Positions 1 through 10,088 of a DNA stretch of 64,000 bases are shown one piece after another; within the stretch, counting starts at the first letter, position 1; every line of letters begins with the position of its first letter. Below the pieces are notes generated by a model that did no database searches, was not told the origin of the DNA, and saw only the letters and a program-made list of their open reading frames with translations. The stretch comes from Candidatus Poribacteria bacterium (lineage in GTDB: Bacteria > Poribacteria > WGA-4E > UBA9662). The translations under genes were made by a program, and so were the position numbers. The stretch lies in NCBI GenBank assembly GCA_046582655.1, contig JAYGDX010000210.1, positions 1 through 64,000 of the forward strand, read 5' to 3'.

Positions 1-936
1 ACTGAATTCAAACAATATCTTTTGTGTCTTGAGGGGTTGAGCCCGGCACAAAAAAGGAAGCTGTCCGATGCCTTGCGAGTCAAGGATGAAGGTGAGACCG
101 TCGCAGAGGCCCTTGAGAAGCGCATCAGCGTGGGCGGACACTGCCCTCATTGCGATCATGATCAACTTCAAAGGTGGGGCACCGCACACGGGATGCAGCG
201 CCACCGTTGCAAGAGCTGCCTGAAGACCTTCAACGCAGTCACCGGGACCCCCTTGGCGCGCCTGCGGAAAAAGGAGAAGTGGCTGGAGTATTCCAGGGCG
301 ATGATTGACGGCCTGAGTGTCCGCAAGGCGGCCAGGAAATGCGGGATCGACACAACCACCAGCTTCCGGTGGCGTCACCGTTTCCTGCATGGGTTGAGGG
401 ACAAGAAGGACAGCAGCCTCAAGGGGATAGTCGAGACCGACGAGACCTTCTTCCTGGAATCGTTCAAAGGTTCTCGGAATCTGGGGCGCACAGCCCGCAA
501 AAGGGGTGGCAAGGCCGCGAAGCGGGGATTGTCGGCAGAGCAAGTTCCGGTTCTGATCGCGAGGGACCGTCACGGGGAGATGACGGACGAAGTGCTCAAA
601 GACCTCAGCGAAGCCTCGATCACCAAAGTGCTCAAGCCTGTCGTGGCCCAGGACGCGATCCTTTGCACGGACGGGAACAAATCCTATCGGGCATTTGCGA
701 ACGCCGAGAACGTCACTCATGTCCGGCTGATCGCTTCCAAGAAGAGCAGGGTCATTGACAAGGTCTGTCACATTCAGAATGTCAACGCATATGACAGCCG
801 TTTAAAAGGCTGGATGCACCGATTCAATGGAGTTGCAACAAAATACCTCCCGAATTACTTGGGATGGCGGCGATGCCTTGAAAAACAGGGAAGCTCAATC
901 GTTCCGACGATGTATCTCAGCTGTGCTTTGGAGTGA
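1..936 (+). CDS. IS1595-family DDE-type transposase, 5' truncated (frame open from base 1)
   Basis: Zn ribbon CPHC...CKSC, HTH segment, and ETDETFF / CTDG / HIQNVN / RFNGVATKYLPNYLGW motifs. Confidence 0.93.
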   Translation, partial: TEFKQYLLCLEGLSPAQKRKLSDALRVKDEGETVAEALEKRISVGGHCPHCDHDQLQRWGTAHGMQRHRCKSCLKTFNAVTGTPLARLRKKEKWLEYSRAMIDGLSVRKAARKCGIDTTTSFRWRHRFLHGLRDKKDSSLKGIVETDETFFLESFKGSRNLGRTARKRGGKAAKRGLSAEQVPVLIARDRHGEMTDEVLKDLSEASITKVLKPVVAQDAILCTDGNKSYRAFANAENVTHVRLIASKKSRVIDKVCHIQNVNAYDSRLKGWMHRFNGVATKYLPNYLGWRRCLEKQGSSIVPTMYLSCALE

Positions 937-960
937 CCAACACTTAACGCAAATAGAGCC
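1..960 (+). mobile_element. IS1595-family insertion sequence, left end outside the window
   Basis: Transposase ORF followed by CCAACACTTAACGCAAATAGAGCC (937-960), whose reverse complement GGCTCTATTTGCGTTAAG resembles IS1595-type termini. The element is visibly more GC-rich than the flank and followed by AT-rich AATTTATA. Confidence 0.9.
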
Positions 961-1386
961 AATTTATATTACAGTCAGGATTTGCGTTATGGTACGACAA
1001 CCTAGCTAAAATTGATTCTATAGACGAATTTAATTATTGGTTATTTATGCATGTTTGGGTAGAAAATACGGAAGGATCATCGGGAACAAATATCTGGTTG
1101 TGACTCTTTTTGCCTTACATGCTTGGCAACTGAACAGGAAGAACATTCAACAGTTGAATCCAATCACAAAAAAGCCATCTCTGCCGCTTTTGATTAATTG
1201 ATTGAAGGAAGAATCGAGTATTGTGGAATAACTCAGTTTTTCAATACTGAGGAGAATCTCTTATTTCTGGATAGTCAGAATCTAAGCGGGTTTGATAATT
1301 TTGTCGAGATTATCTACACTGAAAGTTCTGATTCTAAGTGGCAACCAAGAACCGGGAGAAGGTCTGCAAACAACCATCTGCTCTGA

Positions 1387-2433
1387 CTACAAATCAGCGG
1401 ATACTGTGCCGGATAGATTAGATTGATAGGCGGCTTCGACGCAGGCCATAGTTTTGTATGCATCCTCAACCGTGCAATCCATTTGTTCTCCCGTATACTC
1501 AGGTTGCATCATGTTCAAGATTGAGCCAATAAACGCATCTGGGAACCACGTGCCGTCAATTTCTTTGGAGATCCATTCCGTTTCCTCTTGGCTTTCTAAA
1601 ACACGATATTCGAAACTATCAACTACACCTTTTGGATAGTCCATTAGTAAGCCGAAACATATTTTTATTGCTCCCTTTGTTCCCTCCAATTTCAAATACG
1701 ATTCTTGATGTCTCAATCCATATTCATGTCCATGGTTGGTTGTGATGTTCGCGCGTTTGATATCCCCATAGTCCATAATGATGTTGGAGCGTGAAGATGC
1801 CATGTTCATCATTTTCGGGTGTTTGGTCGTCTTGGCTAATATGCCGTTCGGATCTCCCCAGAACGACCGAATTAGATCGATATAATGAATGCTGTGATAC
1901 AGAATTTCGACTCGATCACATTTTTCTAAAAAATCCCACAAATGCCACGGCGTATAAACTGTCACTCGCATTTCAATATCGTGTAGTTCCCCGAGAGCCC
2001 CCTGACTAATCATCTGACGTGCTTCAATTACCTGCGGCGTGAAACGCATCTGAAAATTGACATTTGCTGTTAAGTGTTTCTGTTGACAAATTTGTTTAAT
2101 TCGTCGCGCCTGTTTGATATTTTCACCCATCGGCTTTTGGATCAGAAGCGTCGATCCGTTTCGAAATATCGGTAGCAGGTCGACAAGACCGGAAGCAGGA
2201 ATGGCAATATCAAATATCACATTTTCAGGTGCACATATTATTGACTGCTGTGTTGAATCATATACATTCGGAACATTAAACTGTTTGGCCAACCGCCGTG
2301 CTTTTTGCCGGTCAAGATCAGTAATACCGATGACTTCAAAACCTGCCTTCTGATAAGCTGGTAAGTGCGCGCTTTCAACGATACCACCAGCTCCTATCAG
2401 TACGATAGGTCGATTTGACATAGGTTTCTCCAA
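1387..2433 (-). CDS. Gfo/Idh/MocA-family oxidoreductase
   Basis: IGAGGI Rossmann motif, QKP motif, HSIHYID. Confidence 0.88.
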   Translation of the reverse strand: MEKPMSNRPIVLIGAGGIVESAHLPAYQKAGFEVIGITDLDRQKARRLAKQFNVPNVYDSTQQSIICAPENVIFDIAIPASGLVDLLPIFRNGSTLLIQKPMGENIKQARRIKQICQQKHLTANVNFQMRFTPQVIEARQMISQGALGELHDIEMRVTVYTPWHLWDFLEKCDRVEILYHSIHYIDLIRSFWGDPNGILAKTTKHPKMMNMASSRSNIIMDYGDIKRANITTNHGHEYGLRHQESYLKLEGTKGAIKICFGLLMDYPKGVVDSFEYRVLESQEETEWISKEIDGTWFPDAFIGSILNMMQPEYTGEQMDCTVEDAYKTMACVEAAYQSNLSGTVSADL

Positions 2434-2591
2434 TATTATGTATTTTAATTATGTTAACCGTTTAACTAATACTTTCATACGCATTCTATGATACAACGTT
2501 ATCCTTTTCAATTTCCCATCAAACTATTTGCTGATAGAATAGCCTTTATCTGTCTACACCACAATGATATCGTTCATCCAGCAGAATTTGA

Positions 2592-2620
2592 TTGATTTTT
2601 CTTGAATCAATTTGTAAAAT
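2592..2620 (+). promoter_or_regulatory. putative sigma70 promoter of the WD40 gene
   Basis: TTGATT-N17-TAAAAT, overlapped by the inverted repeat ATTGATT...AATCAAT. Confidence 0.5.
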
Positions 2621-2656
2621 GAACATAAAATCCGTGGCATTTTAGAAATAACCTAT

Positions 2657-4387
2657 ATGAGAAGTGTCGTTTTCAGAACAATCTTTCTAATTTGTATCTG
2701 CTTATTGGCAATCAGGATTGCTTCAGCTCAAGACAGTTTTACTATTCAAGAACCACGGATCATTGGAACAGGGAAAATCTCATCGGTTGTCTTCTCGCCT
2801 AATGGTCGTGAAATTGCAGTAGGGACATCGATTGGCGTTGAAATTCTAGCCCCCAACACACTACAGCAAATTGACTTGATCGAAATAACGGACGGAAAAT
2901 CTGAGTCAATTGCTTATAGCCCAGATTCAAAAAAGCTTGTAATCTCTGCCGGTAAGAGACTCTTGATCTCCAACCGGGCTACTGGTAAGGTTGCATTAAT
3001 CAAAAACGCACAAAACGTAAACGCAGTTCAAGTCTCGCCAGACGGCCAGATCCACGCACTCTTGCATAATGGTTCCGTTCAGACATGGACGCCAAATTTG
3101 CAGACGTCAACAACCTTGACAGGACACCGTTTTCGAGTCAAGACGATGGCCTTTTCATTAAACGGAAGGTGGATGGCGACAGGGGGGGCTGACCAGAAGA
3201 TTGTGCTCAGGAATGTTAAGTCCACAAAAGTCGACCGAAAGTTGATTGGTACCAGTATTGTAAATGGAATTGCTTTCACTGCCGATAGCAGATTTCTGGT
3301 TTCAGCAACCAAAAGCAACGTCCGGATTTGGAATGTGAATACAGGTAAGTTGCGTAGAAAGATTTTTGCTGATGGAGAAGGGCACAATTTTTCGATCACT
3401 ACCGATGAAAAACGTTCTAAATTTGCTGTTGTTAATTCTAATGGCAAGGTGACAATTTGGGACGTTGATCTTGAGAATAAGGAGATCGAGTTTGAGGCGG
3501 AACATAATACGTTTATCGCGGTACTAGCACCAGACGGTAAACGCCTCGTTACAGCAACACCATACCGGCTTACACTGTGGGATACAAACAAGGGAAAACC
3601 GATTGCTCGAGGTATGGATCACTACCATATTGATGGTTTCGGGTTTAGTGCTGACAGTCAACGGATAATACTAACGGGAACTTACGTTGTACCAGCGACG
3701 GGGGATTCTTCAGCTGTTCAAACAAAAGGGGATCTAATCTTGTGGGATCTCGCAAACGGAGCAATTATCAATCGCTGGACAGCGCATGATGCTAAAATCA
3801 CCTCAGTCCGATTCAGTCCCGATGGCACGAAAATCATGTCACGTGCCATCGGTGAACCGAGTCCAGACAATCGAGGAGAAAAGGATCACATCATTCGCTT
3901 GTGGGATTCTCAGACTTTTAAGAAAATTGATGAAATCACGGGGCGAAAGGAAATATCGGTAGATGAGGATGCTATCTCATCAGCCATCATAGCTCCTTTT
4001 ACCTATAATGCTGAAGTCGAAAAGATGGACGATGCTACCGATTTCAAGAAGAACAAGACCTACATCGTTTTAACTCCTCAAGATACACTTCGACTGTGGA
4101 ATGCCCATAAAAAGTACCATGATCGTAACGCTGCATATTGGCCGATCTTACATCGGCAGCAAATTTCGCAAGCGGTTGCCCAAAACGGAAAAATAACTGC
4201 CACGGCCAAAGGAAAGGAGATTGAACTTGATTTTGGTGCCAAACTCCAGCGTGAACGATTGATAGACCATCGTAGCCCAATCAAGTTGTTGCAATTCAGC
4301 TTTGACAGTAAGCATTTGGCTTCATTGTCTTGGGAGGGTGGTGTTTGTCTAATATGGAATGTTGAAAATGTTGCCCCTCCTTATTGA
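2657..4387 (+). CDS. secreted WD40-repeat beta-propeller protein
   Basis: Signal peptide (..IASA|Q), repeated GH...(AF)SPDG...WD/WN units. Confidence 0.88.
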   Translation: MRSVVFRTIFLICICLLAIRIASAQDSFTIQEPRIIGTGKISSVVFSPNGREIAVGTSIGVEILAPNTLQQIDLIEITDGKSESIAYSPDSKKLVISAGKRLLISNRATGKVALIKNAQNVNAVQVSPDGQIHALLHNGSVQTWTPNLQTSTTLTGHRFRVKTMAFSLNGRWMATGGADQKIVLRNVKSTKVDRKLIGTSIVNGIAFTADSRFLVSATKSNVRIWNVNTGKLRRKIFADGEGHNFSITTDEKRSKFAVVNSNGKVTIWDVDLENKEIEFEAEHNTFIAVLAPDGKRLVTATPYRLTLWDTNKGKPIARGMDHYHIDGFGFSADSQRIILTGTYVVPATGDSSAVQTKGDLILWDLANGAIINRWTAHDAKITSVRFSPDGTKIMSRAIGEPSPDNRGEKDHIIRLWDSQTFKKIDEITGRKEISVDEDAISSAIIAPFTYNAEVEKMDDATDFKKNKTYIVLTPQDTLRLWNAHKKYHDRNAAYWPILHRQQISQAVAQNGKITATAKGKEIELDFGAKLQRERLIDHRSPIKLLQFSFDSKHLASLSWEGGVCLIWNVENVAPPY

Positions 4388-4544
4388 CAATTTAATTTTG
4401 GTTTGTGCGCCAACCCGCTATTTACGAGAATTATCCCAGATTGCATAAAGTTCCTGCTAACTTGATTAAAATATCACATTGGATTATTAATTTTTTGTTG
4501 ATGATTCTCATATTGATACTGTAACGAAAATTTAAGGGATTGAA

Positions 4545-5375
4545 ATGGGGACAGAATTAACGCCTGAGCAAATTGAATCTTACAACGAAGATGGATTTCT
4601 GGTGCTAGATGGCCTTTTTGATCCATCTGAATTGCAGATACTTTACGACGATTTTAATAACATAGTAGGCAACTGGGCAGATACTTATTATGAACAAGGC
4701 CAATTATCAAACCTTTTTGAAGATGACCCGTTTGAACATCGGCTTTTCTCCATTTATCAGGCGATGGAAGGTAATTGCCATGAGTTGTTATCAGCGGTTA
4801 GCGGAAAACGGAAAACGGCAGGAATGTTTTACGTGATGACGCTTCACCAGATCCTAAATGTGGTAGAATCAATAATTGGGTCAGAAATTTTGGTGCATCC
4901 ACAATTTAATGCCCGCGCTAAACTGCCTGACGGTAAATCTGTAGTACCATGGCATCAGGATCTTGGGTACCTACATAAGAACGCTGAAGACACATTCATG
5001 GTTAACTTTTGGTTGCCTCTTGTTGATGCAACAGTAGAGAACGGTTGCCTTGAGATAATTCGTGGCAGCCATAACTATGGCATTGTTCCTTATAACAACG
5101 GTGCGGAAGATCTCGTCCCAGAATCAATTCCGAGAGGCGAGGTTGTATGCTGTCCAATCAGTGTTGGCAGCGTCTTAATGATCCAGCATAAGACTGTACA
5201 TCGGTCGATGCCCAATTTTTCTGATCATATTCGGTGGAGCCTTGATATTCGTTATAGCGATCCTCGATTACCAACAGGTCGGGATTCTATCCCCGGATTT
5301 ATTGCCAGATCCATTGAAAGTCCTGAGTCGATTGCTAAAAGTCATCATGATTGGTTAAAGCTGTTTGAATCATAA
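4545..5375 (+). CDS. PhyH-family Fe(II)/2-oxoglutarate dioxygenase
   Basis: LTPEQIESYNEDGFL start, WHQD, ENGCL, distal H in VHRS, RWSLDIRY. Confidence 0.9.
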   Translation: MGTELTPEQIESYNEDGFLVLDGLFDPSELQILYDDFNNIVGNWADTYYEQGQLSNLFEDDPFEHRLFSIYQAMEGNCHELLSAVSGKRKTAGMFYVMTLHQILNVVESIIGSEILVHPQFNARAKLPDGKSVVPWHQDLGYLHKNAEDTFMVNFWLPLVDATVENGCLEIIRGSHNYGIVPYNNGAEDLVPESIPRGEVVCCPISVGSVLMIQHKTVHRSMPNFSDHIRWSLDIRYSDPRLPTGRDSIPGFIARSIESPESIAKSHHDWLKLFES

Positions 5376-5391
5376 AAGCTGAGGAGTAGAG

Positions 5392-6300
5392 ATGCCATTC
5401 AATTTCGCGTTTATCACCGACACGCACCTGTTTCCTAACGCGCCCAAGAATTTTGGTAACGGCACCCAAATGCAGGAAGATTGCTTGGAAATTCACCAGG
5501 AATTGATTCGGCAATTGAACGATTTCAAACCTGAATTTGTGATTCACGGCGGCGACATTGTTTGTGGTGGTGATAGCTTCGGTATGACCTCAGAGCAGTA
5601 TCTGGCCTCACTAGGCGAGGCGAAAGATCTTAATTCTAATATTGAGGCGCCAATATATTATATTCCCGGCAATCATGATCTTGATCCAATTACTGGTTCT
5701 AAGGATGCCTATCAGGAAAGATTCGGATATGGTCAGTTCGCTTACACGAGTTTTATCCACGAGGATTTGCGATTCATTCTTCTTGATGCTCAGGAGGTTG
5801 ATGAAGATCTGGCGTATGGGCATATCGGGCATGAGCAATTGCGATGGCTGGAAGAAGAATTAAATGCCGCTTCGGATGAGGGGCAACAGGTGTTGATCTT
5901 TGCACATCAACTGGTTTCGCCGTCTGAGGAGTTTGAGGAACTGGGTGCACGAATCGATAATTCTGAAGAGGTAATGAGGGTTATTGATGGTTTCAATAAT
6001 GTCTTGGCCATGTTTCACGGGCATCTGCATCTCAATCGGATAATGGAACGAAACAACGTTTTTCATACAATCACTGCTGGGATTATATGTTATCCGATGA
6101 TGTGGCGAAAGATTACAGTTGATAACGGTCTCATCCGCATCCGGTCGGCCCAGTTGAATGTACCTCGTCTGCTGGCTAAATCCGCCGTCGCGCGTAATGA
6201 TAGAGGCGCGAAACTTCTAGGTAGTGAAACAGACAGAGATTTTATCATTCAAAGGAAAGGAAGAAGCTTACATGAGTCAGGTGGGCAAGAGGTGGTTTAG
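5392..6300 (+). CDS. calcineurin-like metallophosphoesterase
   Basis: DTH, GGD, GNHD, AH and GHLH motifs; SD GAGGAG upstream. Confidence 0.9.
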   Translation: MPFNFAFITDTHLFPNAPKNFGNGTQMQEDCLEIHQELIRQLNDFKPEFVIHGGDIVCGGDSFGMTSEQYLASLGEAKDLNSNIEAPIYYIPGNHDLDPITGSKDAYQERFGYGQFAYTSFIHEDLRFILLDAQEVDEDLAYGHIGHEQLRWLEEELNAASDEGQQVLIFAHQLVSPSEEFEELGARIDNSEEVMRVIDGFNNVLAMFHGHLHLNRIMERNNVFHTITAGIICYPMMWRKITVDNGLIRIRSAQLNVPRLLAKSAVARNDRGAKLLGSETDRDFIIQRKGRSLHESGGQEVV

Positions 6301-7255
6301 TGTTACTCCTTTGTTTGATCCAACAGAAGGGATAACGGTCTTAGAACCACTAAACAGCGGGGTGGGCTGGTGGGTGGGTGCGCCGAGCATCCTTTTTGAT
6401 AGTAATAGGCAAAAGTTCTATCTGTATTATCGTCGGCGAAAACCACGTGAGCTTGGACGCGGCACCTATTGTGCGATCGCTGAAAGTTCAGACGGTATTA
6501 ACTTTGACAATATTTGGGAGATGAGAAAGGAAGACCTGGATACGCCCTCGATTGAAAAATCAGCGCTTTGCCTCACGCTGGATGGCAAGGCGCATTTGTA
6601 CATCAGTTATGTGGATCCGAAGAGTAGCAAGTGGCGAACGGATCTGTTGCGCGCCGACAGTTTTGATCGGCTGAGTCCAGACAGCCGATCAAAGATTTTC
6701 ACCGCAGAAGATGTTGATGCAGAGGGTGTCAAGGATCCGTATGTATTAATTTTAGGTCATCTTTACTACATGATTTTAAGCTATGCTCCCAGCCCTGTAC
6801 AAGCTAAAGGATTTAAGGAAGAGATGCATGCAACTGCCGATGTCTACAATACAGGTATTACAAAATCCCACACCGGATTGGCAGTTAGCAGTGACGGCAT
6901 CAATTTTCGTTGGGAGGGTGATATATTTGCACCACCTGATCGGGGTTGGGATGCCTACGCGACTCGAATAAGTTGTGTTTTACATACGCCGCCAATATTC
7001 ACTGCTTTTTACGATGGCAGTAAAAGTGTTAACGAAAATTATGAAGAGCGCACTGGTCTGGCTACGACAACGGATCTGCGTCGTTTTGAGCGTATCACCG
7101 ATACTGAGCCAATCCTAATCTCCCCACATGGATCGGGATCTTTACGTTATATGGATGCGATCATAGTCAACGGCCAGATTTACTACTACTATGAGTATGC
7201 CCGAGCAGATGGTTCACACGAGTTACGCCTTAATATTGTTGAACTCCAAATTTAG
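6272..7255 (+). CDS. five-bladed beta-propeller glycosidase-like protein (GH32/43/130-like fold)
   Basis: Repeated AESSDGINF / AVSSDGINF / ATTTDLRRF units and KDPYV; ATG at 6272 preferred over the longer ORF. Confidence 0.65.
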   Translation: MSQVGKRWFSVTPLFDPTEGITVLEPLNSGVGWWVGAPSILFDSNRQKFYLYYRRRKPRELGRGTYCAIAESSDGINFDNIWEMRKEDLDTPSIEKSALCLTLDGKAHLYISYVDPKSSKWRTDLLRADSFDRLSPDSRSKIFTAEDVDAEGVKDPYVLILGHLYYMILSYAPSPVQAKGFKEEMHATADVYNTGITKSHTGLAVSSDGINFRWEGDIFAPPDRGWDAYATRISCVLHTPPIFTAFYDGSKSVNENYEERTGLATTTDLRRFERITDTEPILISPHGSGSLRYMDAIIVNGQIYYYYEYARADGSHELRLNIVELQI

Positions 7256-7317
7256 ATTAAGACCAAGTTTACAGAGGAATTGCGGCTACAATGATAGATC
7301 TAGTAAGGAAATAAAAT

Positions 7318-8283
7318 ATGAACGTTCCTCCAAAGGAATTTATTCGGATTATGCCGGATCTACTTCGATCTTTTACTAGTAAAGTGTTTCAGGCAGCAGG
7401 CACCTCAGCGACAGATGGTGACCGTCTTGCTGAGTTGCTGGTTTTAACTGATTTACGTGGTGTTTTCAGTCATGGGACACAGCAGTTGGCTGGTTACGCT
7501 GAAATGATGCTATCGGGTAAGGTCAACCCGAAGCCGCGGGTAGAGTGTGTTGATCAGTCGCAAACAACTGCTGTCTTTGATGGGGATGGTGGAATGGGGC
7601 ACCTTCCAGCTCATTTGGCTGCCAAGACAGCGGTTAAGATGGCCAAAGAGGTAGGGATTGGTGCGGCCACGACACGAAACCACTTTCACTTTGGCAGTGC
7701 TGGAAAGTATTCTCGGATGGCGCTTAAAGAGGATTGCATCGGTTTTGCTGTTTCCGCACATCGATTTATGCCAGGTGCTGGTGCCTCAATACTTTCCTCC
7801 TCGGTAGCTTCTCCAATGAGTTTCGCCATTCCAACTGGCGATCAACCACCAATTGTTTTGGACATGGCAACCTCGATACACGGATCTAACGACCTTTTCC
7901 AAGCGATTCCTGACGCTTTCTTTAAGTTTATCGGCTTGGGTGCAACTAGTCATGCTTTGGGTGGATTTATGGCTGGCATCTGGTTGTTTGATCAACAGAC
8001 TAATGCAGATGCTTGGGAAGGATCAAATCAAGGGGCATTCATATGTGCCTTTGATATCGCTCGATTTCGTCCCATTGATGAGTATAAAGAAGAAATTGAT
8101 CGGCACCTTAGCGGTATTCATCAGATGCAGCCGGCACCAGGGTATGATCGAGCCACCCTTCCAGGTGCGTTGGAATGGGAACGCGAGCGGGAATGGTCGG
8201 AAATTGGGGTTCCAGTTGGAAAAGGGCACCAGGAGGCTCTTACACGGGTGGCACAGACTTTTGACCTGGAATTGCCGTTCTAG
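7318..8283 (+). CDS. Ldh_2-family (type 2 malate/lactate/sulfolactate) dehydrogenase
   Basis: DLRGVFSHG, DGDGGMG, HFGSAG, VLDMATS. Confidence 0.88.
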   Translation: MNVPPKEFIRIMPDLLRSFTSKVFQAAGTSATDGDRLAELLVLTDLRGVFSHGTQQLAGYAEMMLSGKVNPKPRVECVDQSQTTAVFDGDGGMGHLPAHLAAKTAVKMAKEVGIGAATTRNHFHFGSAGKYSRMALKEDCIGFAVSAHRFMPGAGASILSSSVASPMSFAIPTGDQPPIVLDMATSIHGSNDLFQAIPDAFFKFIGLGATSHALGGFMAGIWLFDQQTNADAWEGSNQGAFICAFDIARFRPIDEYKEEIDRHLSGIHQMQPAPGYDRATLPGALEWEREREWSEIGVPVGKGHQEALTRVAQTFDLELPF

Positions 8284-8290
8284 ATCTAAC

Positions 8291-9109
8291 CTACTGCCAA
8301 CCAATCAATTTTAAATAAGCCGTCCATACTTGATCATGCCAGATGAAATCCAGTGTAGCCGCTGTTACTAGAAAAGGAGCAAAAGGGATCTGGCTGTGTG
8401 GTTGTTTTGATCTAGATATAATTAACATGAGGCCGATGATTGATCCCGTAAACGAGGCCACTGCTAGGACAGTTAAAATACTTTGCCAGCGTCCCAAAAA
8501 GAGTCCGATCAAAATCATTAATTTGGTATCGCCAAACCCAATAGATTCTTTTCGAAAGACAAATCTACCCACAATCGAAATTCCCTGAATAGTAATCCCT
8601 CCTACTACCGCCCATAAGATGTGCTGCAAAAGATAGTTAATATTTTGTTTGAGAATGGTCATCAGTATAATCACCGCCAAGCCTGTAATTATGCCAGTTA
8701 GAATAATTGTACTTGGGATAATCATCCATCTGGCATCGATCACGGCAATCGGTATAAATAGCGACACCAGCAGGTATCCCTGAATCATCTCAAGTGTTAA
8801 CCCAAAATGATAAAACAACAATAAAAATATGGCTGCGGTCGTTAGTTCAACAACTGGGTAAATAATCGAGATTCTGATATGACAGCTTCGACACTTTCCT
8901 TTCAGTAAGAGGAAACTGATAATTGGAATGTTGTCATAAAATAGTATCGGAGATTGGCAGTTTGGGCAGAGGGATCGGTGTGGGAAATGGATGGAGAGTC
9001 CATCGTTCGGGATTCGGTAGATACACACATTCAAAAAACTTCCGATGACCAGACCAAAGACGAAGATAATAATTGCTGTTCCTATTTCATACTTGAACAT
9101 GAGGAGCAA
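8291..9109 (-). CDS. pilD: type IV prepilin peptidase/N-methyltransferase (start may be ATG 9100)
   Basis: GSFLNVCIYRIP, CPNC...KCRSC zinc motif, catalytic Asp in IDAR and GFGDTKL, IPFAPFL. Confidence 0.92.
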   Translation of the reverse strand: MLLMFKYEIGTAIIIFVFGLVIGSFLNVCIYRIPNDGLSIHFPHRSLCPNCQSPILFYDNIPIISFLLLKGKCRSCHIRISIIYPVVELTTAAIFLLLFYHFGLTLEMIQGYLLVSLFIPIAVIDARWMIIPSTIILTGIITGLAVIILMTILKQNINYLLQHILWAVVGGITIQGISIVGRFVFRKESIGFGDTKLMILIGLFLGRWQSILTVLAVASFTGSIIGLMLIISRSKQPHSQIPFAPFLVTAATLDFIWHDQVWTAYLKLIGWQ

Positions 9110-9208
9110 TAAAGTTTAAGGTAAGTAATGACTTCGAAAGGAAAACCAATCTGGTTTGAAGAACTTGAACTGGTTTTCTGCTTAAATCGAGTGGGCTGAT
9201 AGATATCG

Positions 9209-9500
9209 CTAACTTAAAAACAAAACGACATAAAATGTTGCGATCACTAATTGTACAAAGGCAAAAATAAAAGCTTTACTCACAAAACCAGCGAACGACA
9301 TTTTGATCTGATATTTGTGCATCATGGTAACAGCAACGACTGTAGAAGCGGATCCTATGGGTGTAATGTTTCCTCCTAGGTTGGAGCTGAATATAACGCT
9401 CCACCAAAACCCAGGTGTTTGGCTGTATCCTGTTCCCGGTAAAGTATTTAAAATTTTTCCTAGCATAGCAGATAATGGAATATTATCGGTGACCGCACTT
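9209..9500 (-). pseudogene. 3' remnant of an ArsB/NhaD/SLC13-like (IT superfamily) permease
   Basis: SAVTDNIP and SSNLGGNITPIGSAST motifs; only about 95 C-terminal residues remain. Confidence 0.8.
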
Positions 9501-9621
9501 CGGCTTGATACTTTAACGCAATCTGACATGCATACTGTGTTGCTGCTTGGGCGTAGTCAGACCCGTCTAAACCTAACAGGATTTTAGCAAAGCTGGGACC
9601 TAAAGAAACTGTTTGAGACAT
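9460..9621 (-). pseudogene. 5' remnant of a universal stress protein (Usp) gene
   Basis: GGAGG SD then MSQTVSLGPSFAKILLGLDGSDYAQAATQYACQIALKYQAEV, which runs out of frame into the permease remnant. Not in the ORF track. Confidence 0.75.
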
Positions 9622-9648
9622 GACGACCTCCGTGGTGAATTAATCATA

Positions 9649-10080
9649 TTACCACCAATATTTTTGCGATTCCTGGTTTACTGCATAAACCCTGCTAATC
9701 TCCGCGATTTGTCCGAGTCGATATTTTCGCGGCACCCGGTTATCATCAGCTATACATATCTTATATGAATTGTGGATCATCTGGTAATCTCCGTTCCATG
9801 GTGTTTTCGGAATTTGATCAAGATAGGGGGATTTCCATCCTTCGACGCCCGGGTTTGTGACCAAATCTTGTAATTTTTCTGGATATTCTCCAGTATGTTT
9901 ATGATATTTCTTGACTGCTTTTGCAATCGTTTCAACGTCAACATCAGCTTGAGAAATTTTTCGGTCTTTCAGAAACGGAGGAAGAGACAGACCAATAATT
10001 ACTGTGGCTGAGACTGCTAGTATGAGTAGCTGGATGCGAGTCATACCAAGGTTAGGAGCTAAATCTGTCGCTTTATTCAT
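9649..10080 (-). CDS. GspG-like pseudopilin domain protein
   Basis: Class III-like G|MTRIQLL plus hydrophobic helix; YPEKLQDLVTNPG..WKSPYLDQIPKTPW. Confidence 0.75.
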   Translation of the reverse strand: MNKATDLAPNLGMTRIQLLILAVSATVIIGLSLPPFLKDRKISQADVDVETIAKAVKKYHKHTGEYPEKLQDLVTNPGVEGWKSPYLDQIPKTPWNGDYQMIHNSYKICIADDNRVPRKYRLGQIAEISRVYAVNQESQKYWW

Positions 10081-10088
10081 TTCCGGCT

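Noticed and set aside
2591..2611. FNR box
   Set aside because: TTGAT and ATCAA are separated by 9 bp rather than 4.
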